A stretch of DNA of 64,000 nucleotides, taken from Balanoglossus misakiensis (taxonomy: Eukaryota > Animalia > Hemichordata). The notes beneath the pieces are model-generated. The model saw nothing but the letters and a program-made list of their open reading frames with translations, did not search any database and had not been told where the DNA came from. The position numbers were made by a program, and so were the translations under genes. The stretch spans positions 11,565,912 to 11,629,911 of the forward strand of contig CM082592.2 of assembly GCA_040954595.2 (NCBI GenBank). The letters are read 5' to 3'. Shown here piece by piece: positions 25,397 through 39,654 of this stretch. Each line of letters starts with the position of its first letter. The first letter of the stretch is position 1.

Positions 25397-28300
25397 AAGT
25401 TTAAAAAAACTTTGAGCATTGCCGCTTTAATGTCACATGACTGAGTCACAGTGAAATGGCGGCCAGTATTGTCAATTTGACAATACAAACTGTTTCAAAA
25501 ACACATCAACGGAGGGTCAAATTGGTAAATTTACCACCCATTTTTTAAAGGGCGCTGACTAAAATTCTCACTTCAAATAAGGAATATATTTATACGGAAT
25601 AAGACGACCCGCATTGGCTGTGACAACCTGTCGCCAGACGCTCTTAAAACCAGCTCACATCATCCCCTGCCTCGCCAAACTCCCTTCTATTGTAATGTGG
25701 AAACGGCATGAACTTTCGAACGTGCAATTTTACAACCCGAGACACAAAGCACACTGAATTTGTATGGAAAGTTTGTGTTAAGTGCGGCTAGTGCTCGTCA
25801 CCCCGCGGCGGCCGACGACCTCAGTGATTTTTCCGTATTTTAACCGTTTACTCGAAGACTACACGCGGAGAAGCCATAAAAAGGAAATTACTGGCAGGAA
25901 CCCGAAACACCTGTACCCATGTCTCCTGGGGCCACTTCACTGATCATTTCCCTCCCGGTGAAAATTTCAGACAACAAAAAACCTCCTAGTCTTGTTTGCG
26001 ACCTGTCACTACATCTGTAGGTTTTACTCTGATGTCTCGTCTCTTTTCAACCGCCAACATCTCATTTTTCTTAAATCTCAGATGAATGGAAATATTTTTG
26101 AGGTTACATCACGCTGAGAGAGAGAGAACGAAATATCAGAAAGGTTGTGAAGACCGGATTTAGTGCCAGAAATCGCGCCGTCTTTATTGGCTTCATAAAT
26201 TTGAACAAAATTTATGTTTTTTGACTAATTAATATTTATGATATTTTCTCACGGAGAAAGAGATGAAAATGATATTTCGACATGCACCATAAACGTTGGT
26301 TTAACTACCCTTTCTCTCGACGTTCGGACGTTTTTCTGCCGCCAAAAAGTTTTCAGACCGGAATATTGTAAACACAGAAGTTGATAATTACGATTTGGTA
26401 ACCTAGATATGAAAATATAGATCATCTTGAATGCAAAGATCCACGTGACATATATAGCCGTAATACGAGGATTGGTTTAATCTCTCAAATCGGCCATTGT
26501 TGCATTACGTTGCAGAATCCTGTTATAATTTCTGGGACTGCTAACTCAAGGCACATCGATCATATTTACCGGTGTGGAGAAGATCTCTCTTCTATAGCTA
26601 CGCTTCCTGTCGTGAGCATACATGGTAGATGCTCTATGAACGGCGCCAACCAGGGAAATATGCGCTTGCCACATCATCAGTAATTTCAAGCATGACGCGG
26701 CCATCAACGAGAGAATGAAACCAAGCAGACTGGAAAAGATAGTATCGAATCGAAGCGATTACTTGTTCAAAGCTTAAAGCTAATTTAACGCTTTTAATTG
26801 CAATATGCCGGGCGTTAGGACTCAATAAATTAAACAAATGCCTTGTTTTATAGTCATTTGGGCGACACCTGAATCCGAGATGAACTTATGCGGATGCTGA
26901 TGTCCGCCACGGAGGACGGGGGATCAGAGTGGCGTGACATGGGATCACGTCTTTCGAACATTCGCCTTTAATGGAGTTCACGTTAAAGCGAGCCGATTTT
27001 CAGCTCGTGGTAATCCCCCTTAATACCCCGTGCCAAAGCTGATGTCATTGTCATAGCCATGACGTCACGGCTTTTTTATTTTACCCATGAAATCGCTAAG
27101 ATTGTTCTACAAATGGATTTACGGTTGCCGAGGTAACAGAGTGTCCCTTGATAGTTTATGACTTTTCTCTCGCAAATTTACCCAGAAGAGAAGACACGAG
27201 TATTGTTCCGAGATATAAATGTTTCATAAATATTTGGCGGCATTTCGCCCAAGAAACTTTTTCTTTTGTCTCGTGTTCTCTTGAAAATTTCCAAATTTGG
27301 AATTTCCATCCCATTTTAACCCACATAAATAAAATGTTTCGAGTTGCACAGCCATGCGAATCATCAAAACGGCGTCGCATATACTCATAGAGCGCAGACA
27401 ATCTGCGTTTTTTTATGAACGAAGTTCTTCCCTCCAGGGGAGGGGTTCCATTAAAAACACGGAACAGTTGACCAAATTGTATACTTGGGTTGGAGTTATG
27501 TCGTCAAAGACTTCTAGATAACCGTGTTTCATTTGTGTATAAACAAGAGCAGCGTGTTAGAAGTTCATTAGATGGGCCTAAACTGTGACAGGTCTGTGCG
27601 ATATTTGTATTCATGGAAGGTACACGTGTGGATCTGCACAACCTTTTACTCTCAGTCGCGCTTGTCTCCAAGAAAGGGACAACAGCCTCGGTTTTATGCA
27701 TGTCGATTTCAGAATGTCATCGATGGTGCTCATTTCAAGCAAGATCGCTCTTTCATTCAGCCGGTGTGATTTATCGCGTACTAATCACCAAACCTAGTCA
27801 ATTACATGTACATACAGTACCGAGGTTTTGGAGATCTCACTTCATGTTTTTAAAGAGCAGTTTTACATGCATGAGCGCGGCCGGCGCATACACAGGGACC
27901 CACGTGAACGCGTCGAGTCGCCACTCTCGGTGCGCGTACAACGCCTGACTGTTTCGGAAAATTGAAGTGCTAACGATCTTCATAAAACTTTTAATAACTA
28001 TTTGCTGCTTTGCCAGCAATCCGTGACTTGAAGCTCTGATGACGTTTGCTTTGTGGTTGTCTAAGCCTCGCGTGGACCGTCCAAGCGTCAGCGTGAAGCA
28101 CATGCGCACTACGGTCGCTTATTGTCATTTACCACCAAAACATAAAGCGCAGATTCTGAAATTCTCCTGTTCGTGTTCCTCAATATTCCTTCGACATTCA
28201 ACATTAACATACCTGAGCACTGGTCTTCATCTTGGTGGGGGAGGGGGGGGGGTTCTCTTGTATACCTGAAAATAAGTAAATCAATATGGTTATTTCGGAT

Positions 28301-31300
28301 CTGTTTTGCCGGAATCGAACAATCGGATTTACTTCCGGAAAATCATCACCGAAACGGCGCACATACGGCGTTAAATTACCAGGATGTTTCAGACAGAAAT
28401 GTTTACTTTATTTACTATGAACACGTCGTTAGGGTGGAATTATTGTATAATGGTCGTTGGAAAAACATTCACATGAACCTTAGTAAAAACAAACCGTGTC
28501 AGAGGTCATGAACTTTCACAACTGGTTTTGAAATAATTACGTTTCTGTGGGAAAATCGGGCAACGTCATATCTTCAGGCCAAACGTCACGCACACAAGCA
28601 CGACAATACGTTTTAATTAGCGACACGGTCAAGTTCTGTCCAATCAAAGAACTTTAATTAACAAAACAACTTTTGTGTGGTAATTATATTGGCAAAATTG
28701 GTATAATTGGAACTCCTTTTCTCCAAGTTTTGCAACATTGAGAGTTTCTAGCTCCGGCACCGGACAAGAGCGATTAAAGGTCTATTATCAGTTTAATTCT
28801 TTGTTATATTTTCAGGATTTTTTGTTTTGTGTACCAACTACAGGTTCTTGTCTGGAATTCCCACGGCATAATGAGATGAACAATATTTAGCGTATCATCA
28901 CAGCCCCAATCAGCATTGTTACTGTTGACAACTGAATTCACATCCGAATGTGAATTTTTCTGTCAAGTATCACAAAGATATTACATTTATGTATTTAACA
29001 TTAGAAGTTGGATATCTCGTGCATCATCGCTATTGCCATAATGCAGCCAATTGAATATCGCGGAGTCGACTGCACCGATGTTCACAGATCTATCCTCAGA
29101 AAAATTGTTGCTACATTAACAGGAAAATATTGGCATTACGCCAATTTACACTGATCTCCCTGATAAAAAATATCGCGATAATTATTTTTTATTATTTTTG
29201 ACTTCAAGATATGTCACGACAGAGATAAAAAGAAGAGAGGTCGTAAAATTTATGACGGACATTTCGACATTGACATCTGTCGTAAGAAAGAAAATGCAAA
29301 CGCAAGAATGTCATCAAGAGCCATATAATAATAATTTCTGTAAATTGAAATATTCCCACGACTATTTCCTGGGTGATTAACACAAATCAGATGTCAATTT
29401 CATCCGCCAATTTGCATGTGTGTTTCGGTTTCTCCGATTGACGGCCTCCCACCAAAGTTGCCATATGTTTATCGTTTCTTAGAAATGAGGTGAAATCGAC
29501 ACACATTAGAATAAATGACGTCATCATATTCGTGATGTCGAATGTCGATTTCCTGGCTGTACTTCGGAGTCATATAGAGTTCCTGCATGCGACTTGGCTC
29601 CGGGTGCTAAGCGTCAATCGTAAAATCGTAAATTTTAGACGTCACTTCCCATCAACAAAACTTATTTCAGCCCGTTAGCAGCATCAGCATTCAAACAACC
29701 AGTTTCAATCGATCGAGGATATTGCGATAAACAGGCTACTGTTTCGAGTGAGTGGGAACACTTTTCACAGAACGGGTATTTTGCCTTGAGTGACGCAGTA
29801 ATAGGTTTTTGAAGTCGTTCCCTGCGTCTGTCTGTGTAGACGCCCCAAGCCCCCTTGCGTTCTTTTGTTGTAGCGGGCAGCTTCCAGGCCCCGGCCGTCG
29901 GTTGGGGATTTTTGTTTTAATGTTTCAACTTTACAAAATATCGACGAGGCAGCTGCGAGAGCACGTGTTGGCGGTGTAAATGGATGCCGAAGAAAACACC
30001 GAAGGTGAGTGAGGCTGAACAATGAGGCGTCGAGAACACAGCAAGTGACTTGCACGAGGTTATTGCGGGGAGGTGGCTGTACACTTCGCCTCTGTGAAGC
30101 AACGACGTAAAGCTGTAGTTTTGACGTCATAAGACTCGAATCTATCCTCAGGTGTTAAATTGTTTGTCACGGTCTCCACTCACGACACTGCGAGCGATTG
30201 TCAACATGCAGTGATGACGTCATATACAGTTAAACTTGTTTCCTTTAGAAATGACGCCATGATTTCTGCCGTTTGACTTTGCCCATATTTGATTGCTTTC
30301 CTCTTACTAAACTTGACGAGTCGGAAGCCATCAGAGCTCTCTATTCATGCTGCAAATGCCATAATATTTGGTACGTGGCTTTGAAATAGGCAACTTTTTC
30401 ATGTACAGACTGTGAGTAAAGCAGTAAATGACAAATGATTCAGAAAGTGGAACAATATCAATCACAATACATGACACAAAATTTACCAAAATAATGTCAA
30501 GATAACGATTATCTCCCTTCGTGCACATTTAAAATACAGTTCTCCAATGGCAAGGCCATTCATGTCCCCCCCCCCCCCATTCTGTTTACACGGAGAAAGG
30601 AACAAAAGCAAAGCAACGAACGGCACGCGCGGACAATACACCGCAGCCTCACATTGTTGAACCTCTCGCCAGCGTTAGAAATGACAATAGCCTTTTATTG
30701 TGGGAACTCGTCTTTCTGCCGGAAACTGGCCAACAAAAGCAAACGCCAGTGTCATCCCAAAGAAACATTATTAATGATGGAATATATCGATAAGACTGAA
30801 ACCACAGACAGAAGAAACAGAATGTTGGTGGTAACATTAAACTTAAAGTTGGCGACTTTGGAAAAACAAGTGTTGTTACTTCGTATTTTTGTAAGATGGT
30901 TTGTTCTGTGTATCAAATGATTTCTTGGTCTGTGGGTCAATGGCTGACCCGACACGTGAGCGGGGGAGGGGAGGAGGGGGGGGGGGTCGGTGACAAGTGG
31001 CCCCTAAATCGGTGATTGACGATCGGACAACGGCAGTTAACTGACCAAAGGTCTTGAAGCGCACGTCACACACTCTTTATGCATCAATATTGCCCTACAA
31101 CAATGCGCAGGTTGACAGTAGCCTTATTTCACGCATGCGTATACCGATAATTTTATATTTAAGACGGTGGATAAAAACACCATGGGTCCTTATTTTAACC
31201 AGGTGTTTGTGGAATGACCGTGTATCTGCGACCGAAAAGCGCAGACATTAATATTTACTCCACAAGGGTGTTGATATCCATATTTGTGTTGTTAATCCCG

Positions 31301-34300
31301 ACAAGTAGATTTTCAATATGCCATATCTGTCGCCAAGCGGTTACATCCGCGCCTACCCATTGACTAATCCCCCAAATTCGTCATTTTGGGGTTGTAATTC
31401 AATAGCTACTAACCCCAAACTCCAAGAACGGTGGGATATCGTATTCCTTACTGAGGCCAAAAATCCTTGAAACAGGATTAAAAAGAACCGCCGAAAAAAA
31501 TCCATCTGAGCAACGCGTCATCGTCATTTACAATTCCGCTGAAACTACATCCGGGGATATTGCCCGAGTTTCGCTATAAGTTAAGTAAGAGCTAACCTTG
31601 CGTGTGTTTGAGCGCAGAGATGGAGTCAGCTGAGAGCAGACAGTCTCCTCGCCGTGAAGAGGGAGAAAAATAGCTGAGTGATACGAGTCATTAGGCCTAT
31701 TGTGCGTAATTGCACTGAAGTACCATACAAATGTTGCGTTTGATATAGAGGTTGCCGCGGGGCAGAAAGCCGTATTTTCTGAGACAGAGACATACGATTA
31801 GCGGGCACGTAAAGTCATGTTAATGCTCTGAAGCGCGGATGTTAAACAACGCTACTCGGAAGTGATTAACAACTTCTTGATGGCGATGATCGCAGATTTC
31901 CCGCGGTCTCCACCGTTGAACTCACCTAGCAAACATTTCCACATCTTTAATGACCGGCTGTTTTGAAAACTACGATTATGACGTCATAAAATAAATTGCC
32001 CGAGTTAACAACTACCGAAATCACTGTTTTTTAGACAGAAAGAAGGGAAAAGGTGAACATAAACCCGATGATGACGTCATAGCCCTTTGGAACTCAGTAC
32101 TTGTATATCCCTTTTTTTAAATTGGAATATTATCTCGCCAGAATATAAGACAGAGAAGTATTCTGATGGTGCGAGCATTTTGAAGATTTGCAGTCCATTT
32201 CTCTTTTATGTTATTTATGTCTGCGTGACGATACTTTTAGAGGTGACGTGTGTTTTTGTTAACAAGTTGGCACTCGTTGCGGGGTTAACAAACCTGGACT
32301 CAAAATTAAAACTGCCAGCCACACACACAGTGTCCAAATTCAGATTACCGCGATTATTCCCCCACTGTTTTTGTTTTACTTATACATGTATTTCTTTTTT
32401 TTGTTTCCCATGGACATTTTTATCTGTTGCGATTCCAAGAATCGGGGCCATATCACGCGATTCATTAAGCTGTAACTATAGCAACAAGTACTAACAGTGA
32501 CTCATGCGTGTAACTCACGAGGGTAATATTTTTGACATGAATTCAATATATTTCAGATGTCAAAATATCTATTTTGGAAAAGCAACACCGCTATTTATAC
32601 TTCGTTGGTATTTCACTAAAGCCAAAATGTTTTTTTTTAATGTTTGAATGGGGTATACACTTAATGGTCAGATGGTATTGTTTATAGTTTAAGTTATTTG
32701 ATGTTTGTCTGGCACGGCTTTCTCCTGCAGTTCACATCAAACCGTTGTTAACTGCACAATGCATATGCAATGTGATCACGTGACAAACCCTGGCGGGATT
32801 CACGCTGCATTCGAATGCTATTTACGAGTGCTCGCCGCGGCTAAAATTCTCCCCTTGTTCAGGTACAGTCAGGTGTAAAATATCTGAGACAGGTTCTCAA
32901 TAAAAACATATATCATCAACATTTTGGTACGATCGTAAATATTTTCAAAATCGATTGGTATTATTGATTAACATGTGCATGAGTAAATCTTGTTTAATAT
33001 CAATTAAATTATCCGCAGTTGTGCCGATTCTGTTTTGTATGTTTTTGTGAGTTGTTGGTTGGCTTGGTGGATGGATGGATGGAAATTACGCGATTCAAAT
33101 ACATTTACCACACACAAGTCGGTGATGGAGTCTAAGTCAATCCGTTCCAGTGAACAGGACAATGAATTAATGAAAGGAGAGCGGCTTTGTCCCTTTAATC
33201 CCCAATAATTTCCATGTGAAAGTTGACTCAGATGGTCGTACACATCTCCTCAACGGGTGCACCTTTTTATTTTTAAACCCCATCCTGGTCTTGGCTACAG
33301 GGCAAGCAGTTACTCCTATTTGCTATTGGATACGCTATGTATAGCTAATAGCCCGCATCAATATTTGATAAGCATATTTTCTAATTGTGCAAAATCCCGG
33401 CTTAGGCGCATGTTTCTTTTTGTGAAGAGGGATATTGCTGCAGCGTGTAATACAGGGTCGACATGCACTGCATTGCGGCGTGTTGTTATAGAAGCCACTT
33501 TTCAAAAAGAAAATGAATAAAAGGCCGCGAAAAAAAATCCGTATCGCTTCATCGCCGGTGGGGTCATTTTCGACAAAGAACCGAGTTTGGCTTCCAAAAT
33601 ATATCATTTACGTACCGTTTTATCACGTTGCTTTGCTTTAAAAATTTCTGAAGCTTGGGTCTGACAGCGTTAACAAGTTCTCAATATCTGGGCTCGGTGT
33701 ACCCATCACCGGGAAATTGACAACGCGGGGTAACGTGCAATTCGTACAATGAAAGCGAACAATGAAGGGGCTTTTCCCGGATCCTATTGTCATCGGGATG
33801 ACAAAGACTCGCTATCCATTATGACGGAAATAGAAGATTGCCGCTTACTTTAGCGATGAGTAAGACTACAATCCCCGCTACACTCAGACGTGCATATTAC
33901 ACTTTTTATTGTGAGCTCGCGCGTTTTGTATACAATTTTCTCCCGTGTTTGAAGCCGTGTAGCCGTAAAAGGGTGAAACAGTAAACGTTAAAAGGTGAAA
34001 TGTTAAATTTCCGACTCGATTACGCGCGCCATTGTGAACCGGACGCCTTGTTAAACGTTCTAGCACGGAGGATATTGAATTTGACAACAACAAGGTTTCA
34101 TAGAGGAAATTAAGCAACCACATATATGTTCAGTGTTTGGCCACAACTCTGTGCGCACGTGACTTCCATGTCTCAACCATTTATCATTTTTTAAATGTGA
34201 TACATTACTAGCAAGGATGACCATAGCTTCTTGGGTCTTAGCTCGAGCGACTTAATTATGCTATAGTAAGAAAATACCTGAGTATCGCGCGATTACCGTC

Positions 34301-37300
34301 TATTTTCACAGTATAGTTTAGTTGGAGGAAACTTCCAGCTTATAATGAGTATAGCTCAGCTTGGTATTAATTGTATTCTCCAGAATAGGGTCTTAGTTTG
34401 GATAATTGTACTTGGGCGGTTCGCTTTATTTCCACCCAATTAAGTATATCGTTCGGGATACTGATTAACGCACGTTCAAAGAACCCCATTCTAGGATAAA
34501 CTGTGGCAACGTCGACTTTGTGAATAGTTACCATACCGGTCACATGCAGGTCACTTGCGCGTGTGTTTGTTCACAACATGGTCAGACCACGAAGCGAGCT
34601 GTGGACGCTCACCTCGTGTCAATATCATAGTTGTAGATGTCACCCAGTGTCAATTTCGGAGTTATCCTACCGAGCAAACGTTGATGGCTGAAAGCAGCTG
34701 TTTCATCCAATCACGCTACGCGAAGTTTACTTAAAGAGACAGCCGTGGTTACAACTTTTGATAATCTTTCGGTATTTCTAATCCCTGTTTCAATTTACAC
34801 TTTCTCGTTCTGCTATGTATACACGCGGTGTCAGACCTGACGAACCAACATTTTGCTATTATTGTCGACTGAAACACAAAATCGTTTTATTTTTAATAAA
34901 CACTCGAGGTCCACAGAAACGGCATTCTGCAAACGGAACTGGACAGGATCCCGATGTTCCAATCAACATGTACACGGTAAATTTATCCCGTATAAATAAC
35001 TATGAGTAATACTGTTGAAAATGGTTCGCCCTTGGCGAATAGCATAGGCTTTACATTTCATCGTAGATTTGTCCGGCGTACAAATTTTCTCTCGGACTCC
35101 GCTTAATCTTTCAACAGTTTAAGAATGTCCACGGTTTACGACCCAAATACACCACAATGTAAATGTAATTTGATATTTTTAAGTATCATACTCTCTCTGT
35201 TTACATAAATAATAAGAATATTGAAACAATATTTTGTCAACCGAGTATGGGTGTTTATTCAGAAGACGACGTTGAAATCGTCTGCCCGCATCCCGTTTTA
35301 AGTCAAAGATTACTACGCGACGCGGTGACTATTCGCCGGGTACATTAACCTTTCAAGTTCTCTGCTTTTGGTAGAATTGCTTATCAACGGACAGAATATC
35401 ACTGGTGAGCTGTTCAGTCCCGCGCCGTTCGAGTCGGACACCGACATGCACTGGACGCGATGATTTTTGTCTGTGCATGTCTTGGATCAGAACCCGGAGC
35501 TAAAATGCATCAATATTGTGTGTTAATTGGAATCGTATCGAGAAATCGATACGACGTGCATCTAATGCTGTATCGATTCTGCAGTGTTGACACCCAGTCG
35601 TAAAGTCGGCCATTCAAGAAATATTAAACTCTAGACATTGTGGTGCTTGCACGTATATTGGACAAGTTCTGAGATTTTTCTGGTCGCTAAAATATGAGCA
35701 AAGTTTATCACATACGTGAACCGAAATTCGACGTATTCAAACTTGGTGGATTTTATAGCTCATGCCTTACTTCACAGATAAAAATACTGTTAATTACTTA
35801 ATCTGTGTTAAATATAGATCAACAATACCACAAAACTGTAAGTTGGAAGGTCTGATTTAGCACAAAACTGAATTCGAAACGAACAACTCATCGAAGCCGT
35901 CAAACATGACGCTTCTCTCATGTGGAGATTATTTAACGCGCGCTATAAACCAGGAAGTTATTGTAGTCAGAGTAGCTGTATTTAGAAAAAAAATAATGGA
36001 CACATAAATTATTGGGAGATTTTGCCCTTCAAGTATTTTTGACAGGTTACAGCTTTTTAAATTTTAAATTTGATAGATTATAACACCATAGAAAGTTCCA
36101 CTGAAGTATTTTTATGCCGGTCTGTCGGTGATGTACGGCCACTTTAAGTGACATTGATGACAATGTACGGACTTAAACTGTTGATGAAGGGAGATTTTGC
36201 CCAGTTTCATGGCCGGGGATTGAAATGTCTGTGTAAAATCTTGAAGAGTTGTCATTAAGAAACTCGTTAGTACAACCTTACGACAATCATTAGTGGAGAC
36301 GACTGGGCTATTCCCGCTGACAGGATCCGGACCCGCGCTTGATGGATATCACCAAGGCCGTATTACAAGCACATCCACACTCCCGATGGGATTCAAAGGT
36401 GAGGGAAAGATCGTCTATGTCACCAAACTATTGTTCGTTTTATCCCCCTTTCCCATCATTAGGCCAACTTGAGCGATTCACACGCCCGTGTCCGATTGAC
36501 CATGAAAACATAAACGTCAATTATTCATCAGAATTGTGGGGGAGAGACGGGGAGAACGGAACAGACCATACAAAGAAGCACGCGCCAGGAATGAAGTTCG
36601 CTTCTAGCAGATTGAAACGCATGAGTACTTTCCTCCTTTGCAGTTGACCGTTAAGTAGCGCTAGAAAGTCAACATATCAAGCTACTCATATAGGATTTTC
36701 TCGACAAATCTCTCTCTTGTATACAAAAACTCAACCAAGTTTACAGCGAGTGCATCACAATAAAAGTGGATAGTGCACCCGCACTGACCAAAGTGTGTAT
36801 GAATGCATCATGATTTTGATTAACCAGTCCTGTAAAGTTAATCACAACTTCAGTCACAAGTCTATGATTACAGTAAAACACACAAGCTGCCAAAGAGAGC
36901 TTTTCAAGGGCTTCGCTTTCCTGACAAGTATGCTATTACCATGAATATTATATTGAATTTACTTATCGCCCGGAGAATTAGAATTTAGATAATTTAGACG
37001 CAAATGTGGCCGAGTGTTAGAACTAAGAGAAAACCACGCTCCAATTGGACATACTTCAAGGCAAGATATCCCAAAAACTCAAGATACTGCGACCGAGCCC
37101 CCCAGGGGAAGCGAAGAAGGTCGTCAAAATAATTTCTTTCCCGCTGACCGCTATAACACCTGCCGATTGTGTGAAGGTGGACATATTTCACGTGAAATTT
37201 CATGCAGAAATGGGCAGTGCTAAGTGGGAAAATTAATGTTTACTAGTAAATGGGATTATTGGGTTCTAAGAGCAGAATGCATCTTTGTTCTATTGCCCCC

Positions 37301-39557
37301 CCCCCCCTCTCCTGCGAGTACGGGGATATGTGACTGTGAGGAACCTTCTGTCAGAACTGAAAGCGGTCGACTGTAACTCACGTTGGATGTGCTAGTTATG
37401 TCACTATTAAAACCCCACCCTTTACAACACTTTTCGACAAAACATGATGCGAATTCTGACCCTTTCAAACTTTTAAGCTTTATATTTTCCCGCACTGTGA
37501 GTCTGCACCGCGAGAGTTGTTCACCGATCTCGTTTGCCAGCCACGCGGGAGCGGAACATTCATTGACACTGAGGTCTCGCGGAAGAAAAGAAAAGCGCGC
37601 ATTGCATGCACACAAATCCACGCGATGATGGCAAAACGGACTGGCTTATTTGAACCTGACTGAAAATTATCCACCAATGTTTAGAGACACAACAACACGG
37701 ACAGATCACAACAAAGCGACTATAATCCCATTCATTTGTAGCACATGTGCTTATACCATGTACCTACTGAGAGCAGCAAATAAAGCTCTGAGATTGGGTT
37801 TCACGCGCTGTGTAGCCCAAGAATCGTCTAAGGATTTCGACACAGCAATAGAGAGCTGAAATTTCCATGCCATTGTAGCGCGGAGATAATGAACGATACA
37901 CGCCACAAAAAAGGCTGAAATATGAATCCCGGAGTGCGCGCATAGAAATACGCGTGACTTTATCGCGAATGGTACCATTAAGGTATCAAATGACCATAGC
38001 CGTCATTGTCTTTACAAAACCCATCAAATACTGGGCATTGTCAAAACATTTGAGCTCTTCTAGCGTCCACACACTCGACTATTTTCCTTTGAAATCTCTA
38101 CTCAGCCAATGCGTTGATGTGTCGCTGCCATCAAACAACGTTGTTATCACAGTGTTTCATAGCAGGCGTTCTCTGCTATATGAATAATTTTCGACTTTCC
38201 ATTATACGTCATCGTCACAGAGATTGTCAGGGAGACCAGTGATTATTTGTAGCCTGGGTTTGCACGAGGTTTGCTTTCTTTGATGTGTATTTATTTTATG
38301 TTTTCACTTCTATTTCGATTGAAAATGTGGCTTCGAACAATATAGTACAGGTAACACGCAGTGCTACCTTTATACCGGATCGTCTTTCCAGACTCTTACA
38401 TAAGATGTAATTTGGTTAAAAATAGTATCTCGAGGGTCTATGGTTAAAACTCAACAAATCTGTATCTCAGAAAAAAACCTAAACCGGACGTGAATGTCGG
38501 CAGGAGTCCACAGAGAATCGACCAACGGCGTTGACTCCGCCGGTCGACCTCGACAGTGACGACGTGAGACCGACAAACGTCGAGATGCCGTAACCGCATC
38601 GATTACAAGACTCCAGTCCAGCTGTTATGTTGTCTAGACGATGCATCCGAGGCGTTTGCCGGCGAATAATCTGCCCGCTTCTGGCGTGTCAAATCGATCC
38701 AACTTGTCTCGTTGTGACGAAAGCAACAGTGTGGTAGCTCATCTCCCGACGCGACGTGCCCAGCTACCTTGACAACAAGAAACCGCCTCAGCAGAAAAAA
38801 AACCTAAGTGTTGATCAGGAGCTCTCTACTTCAGAGTTTTTTGCTCTTTCCGATGAGTCTGGAGCGCCACCCGACAAAGAAAACATTCTTTGTACAAATT
38901 TTACCTGCTAAGCTTTGCGACACTTTCATGCTGTTTGTCTGTGTCAGGAAAATGGCTTGATTCCTTGAAATTTGAGTTTCTGCTGGTTTATATTTAAAGG
39001 ACAATGTTGAAAAGTTTGCTTATTTTCATTTCATCCGGACAAGAAAATATTAACTCTGCTCGAGTGTAGCAGAAACTTTTCAAATGACATCATTGACTGG
39101 CGCTAAACCTGTTCAACTCCAAGTGATGCTCATTCACACACGAAGCAAATTAGCCTTACTACCAAAAGGGTGAAACGTATGGATGCGGGTAAAAGGAAAT
39201 TACGCGGCCATTTACTCTGATACTCATCACCACAGCCCTGTGGCTCGGCGTTGGGAATCGGTGGGGATTCCGAGATCACATGACGAGGGTTTCCGTTAGA
39301 TTGAACCAATTAGCGCGACCGTTTAAACCATCACGTACGTACAAGGACCGAGCCTTAAAAGTTTCGACGCTGTGTCATTGTTATGACGGGTTCACACTTA
39401 TTTGATCATAGAGGACGCTATTTGCTCGACTAAATTAGGGCCGGTCTGCAGAACCAAAGAAAACTTTCCCCAATCACAAGAGTACGAATGTTCGTGTTGA
39501 CTTACCTTGCTCTCATAGAAATACAGAAAGTAGTATATTTAGAGGAATCTCGCTTAC

Positions 39558-39654
39558 CTTGTTTCAAGCTTGAGCTGTTTCAATTTCTTCAAGACTTTGC
39601 TCTCTGTCTTGTCTTTTTTGGTGTCTGAAGATGGACCCATGTTCTTTGGTTTAC
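39558..39654 (-). other. Orphan exon-like segment with strong splice signals and an open frame
   Basis: Branch-like CTAAT and GTATTTATTCAG acceptor; 97-nt purine-rich body translating (G)KPKNMGPSSDTKKDKTESKVLKKLKQLKLET; donor AAG|GTAAGC. Confidence 0.4.

Noticed and set aside
34731-35301. TTAAAG-starting putative Kolobok/piggyBac-like element (similar ends near 6943, 55406 and 61150)
   Set aside because: I could not pair convincing terminal inverted repeats by eye; it needs a repeat library.
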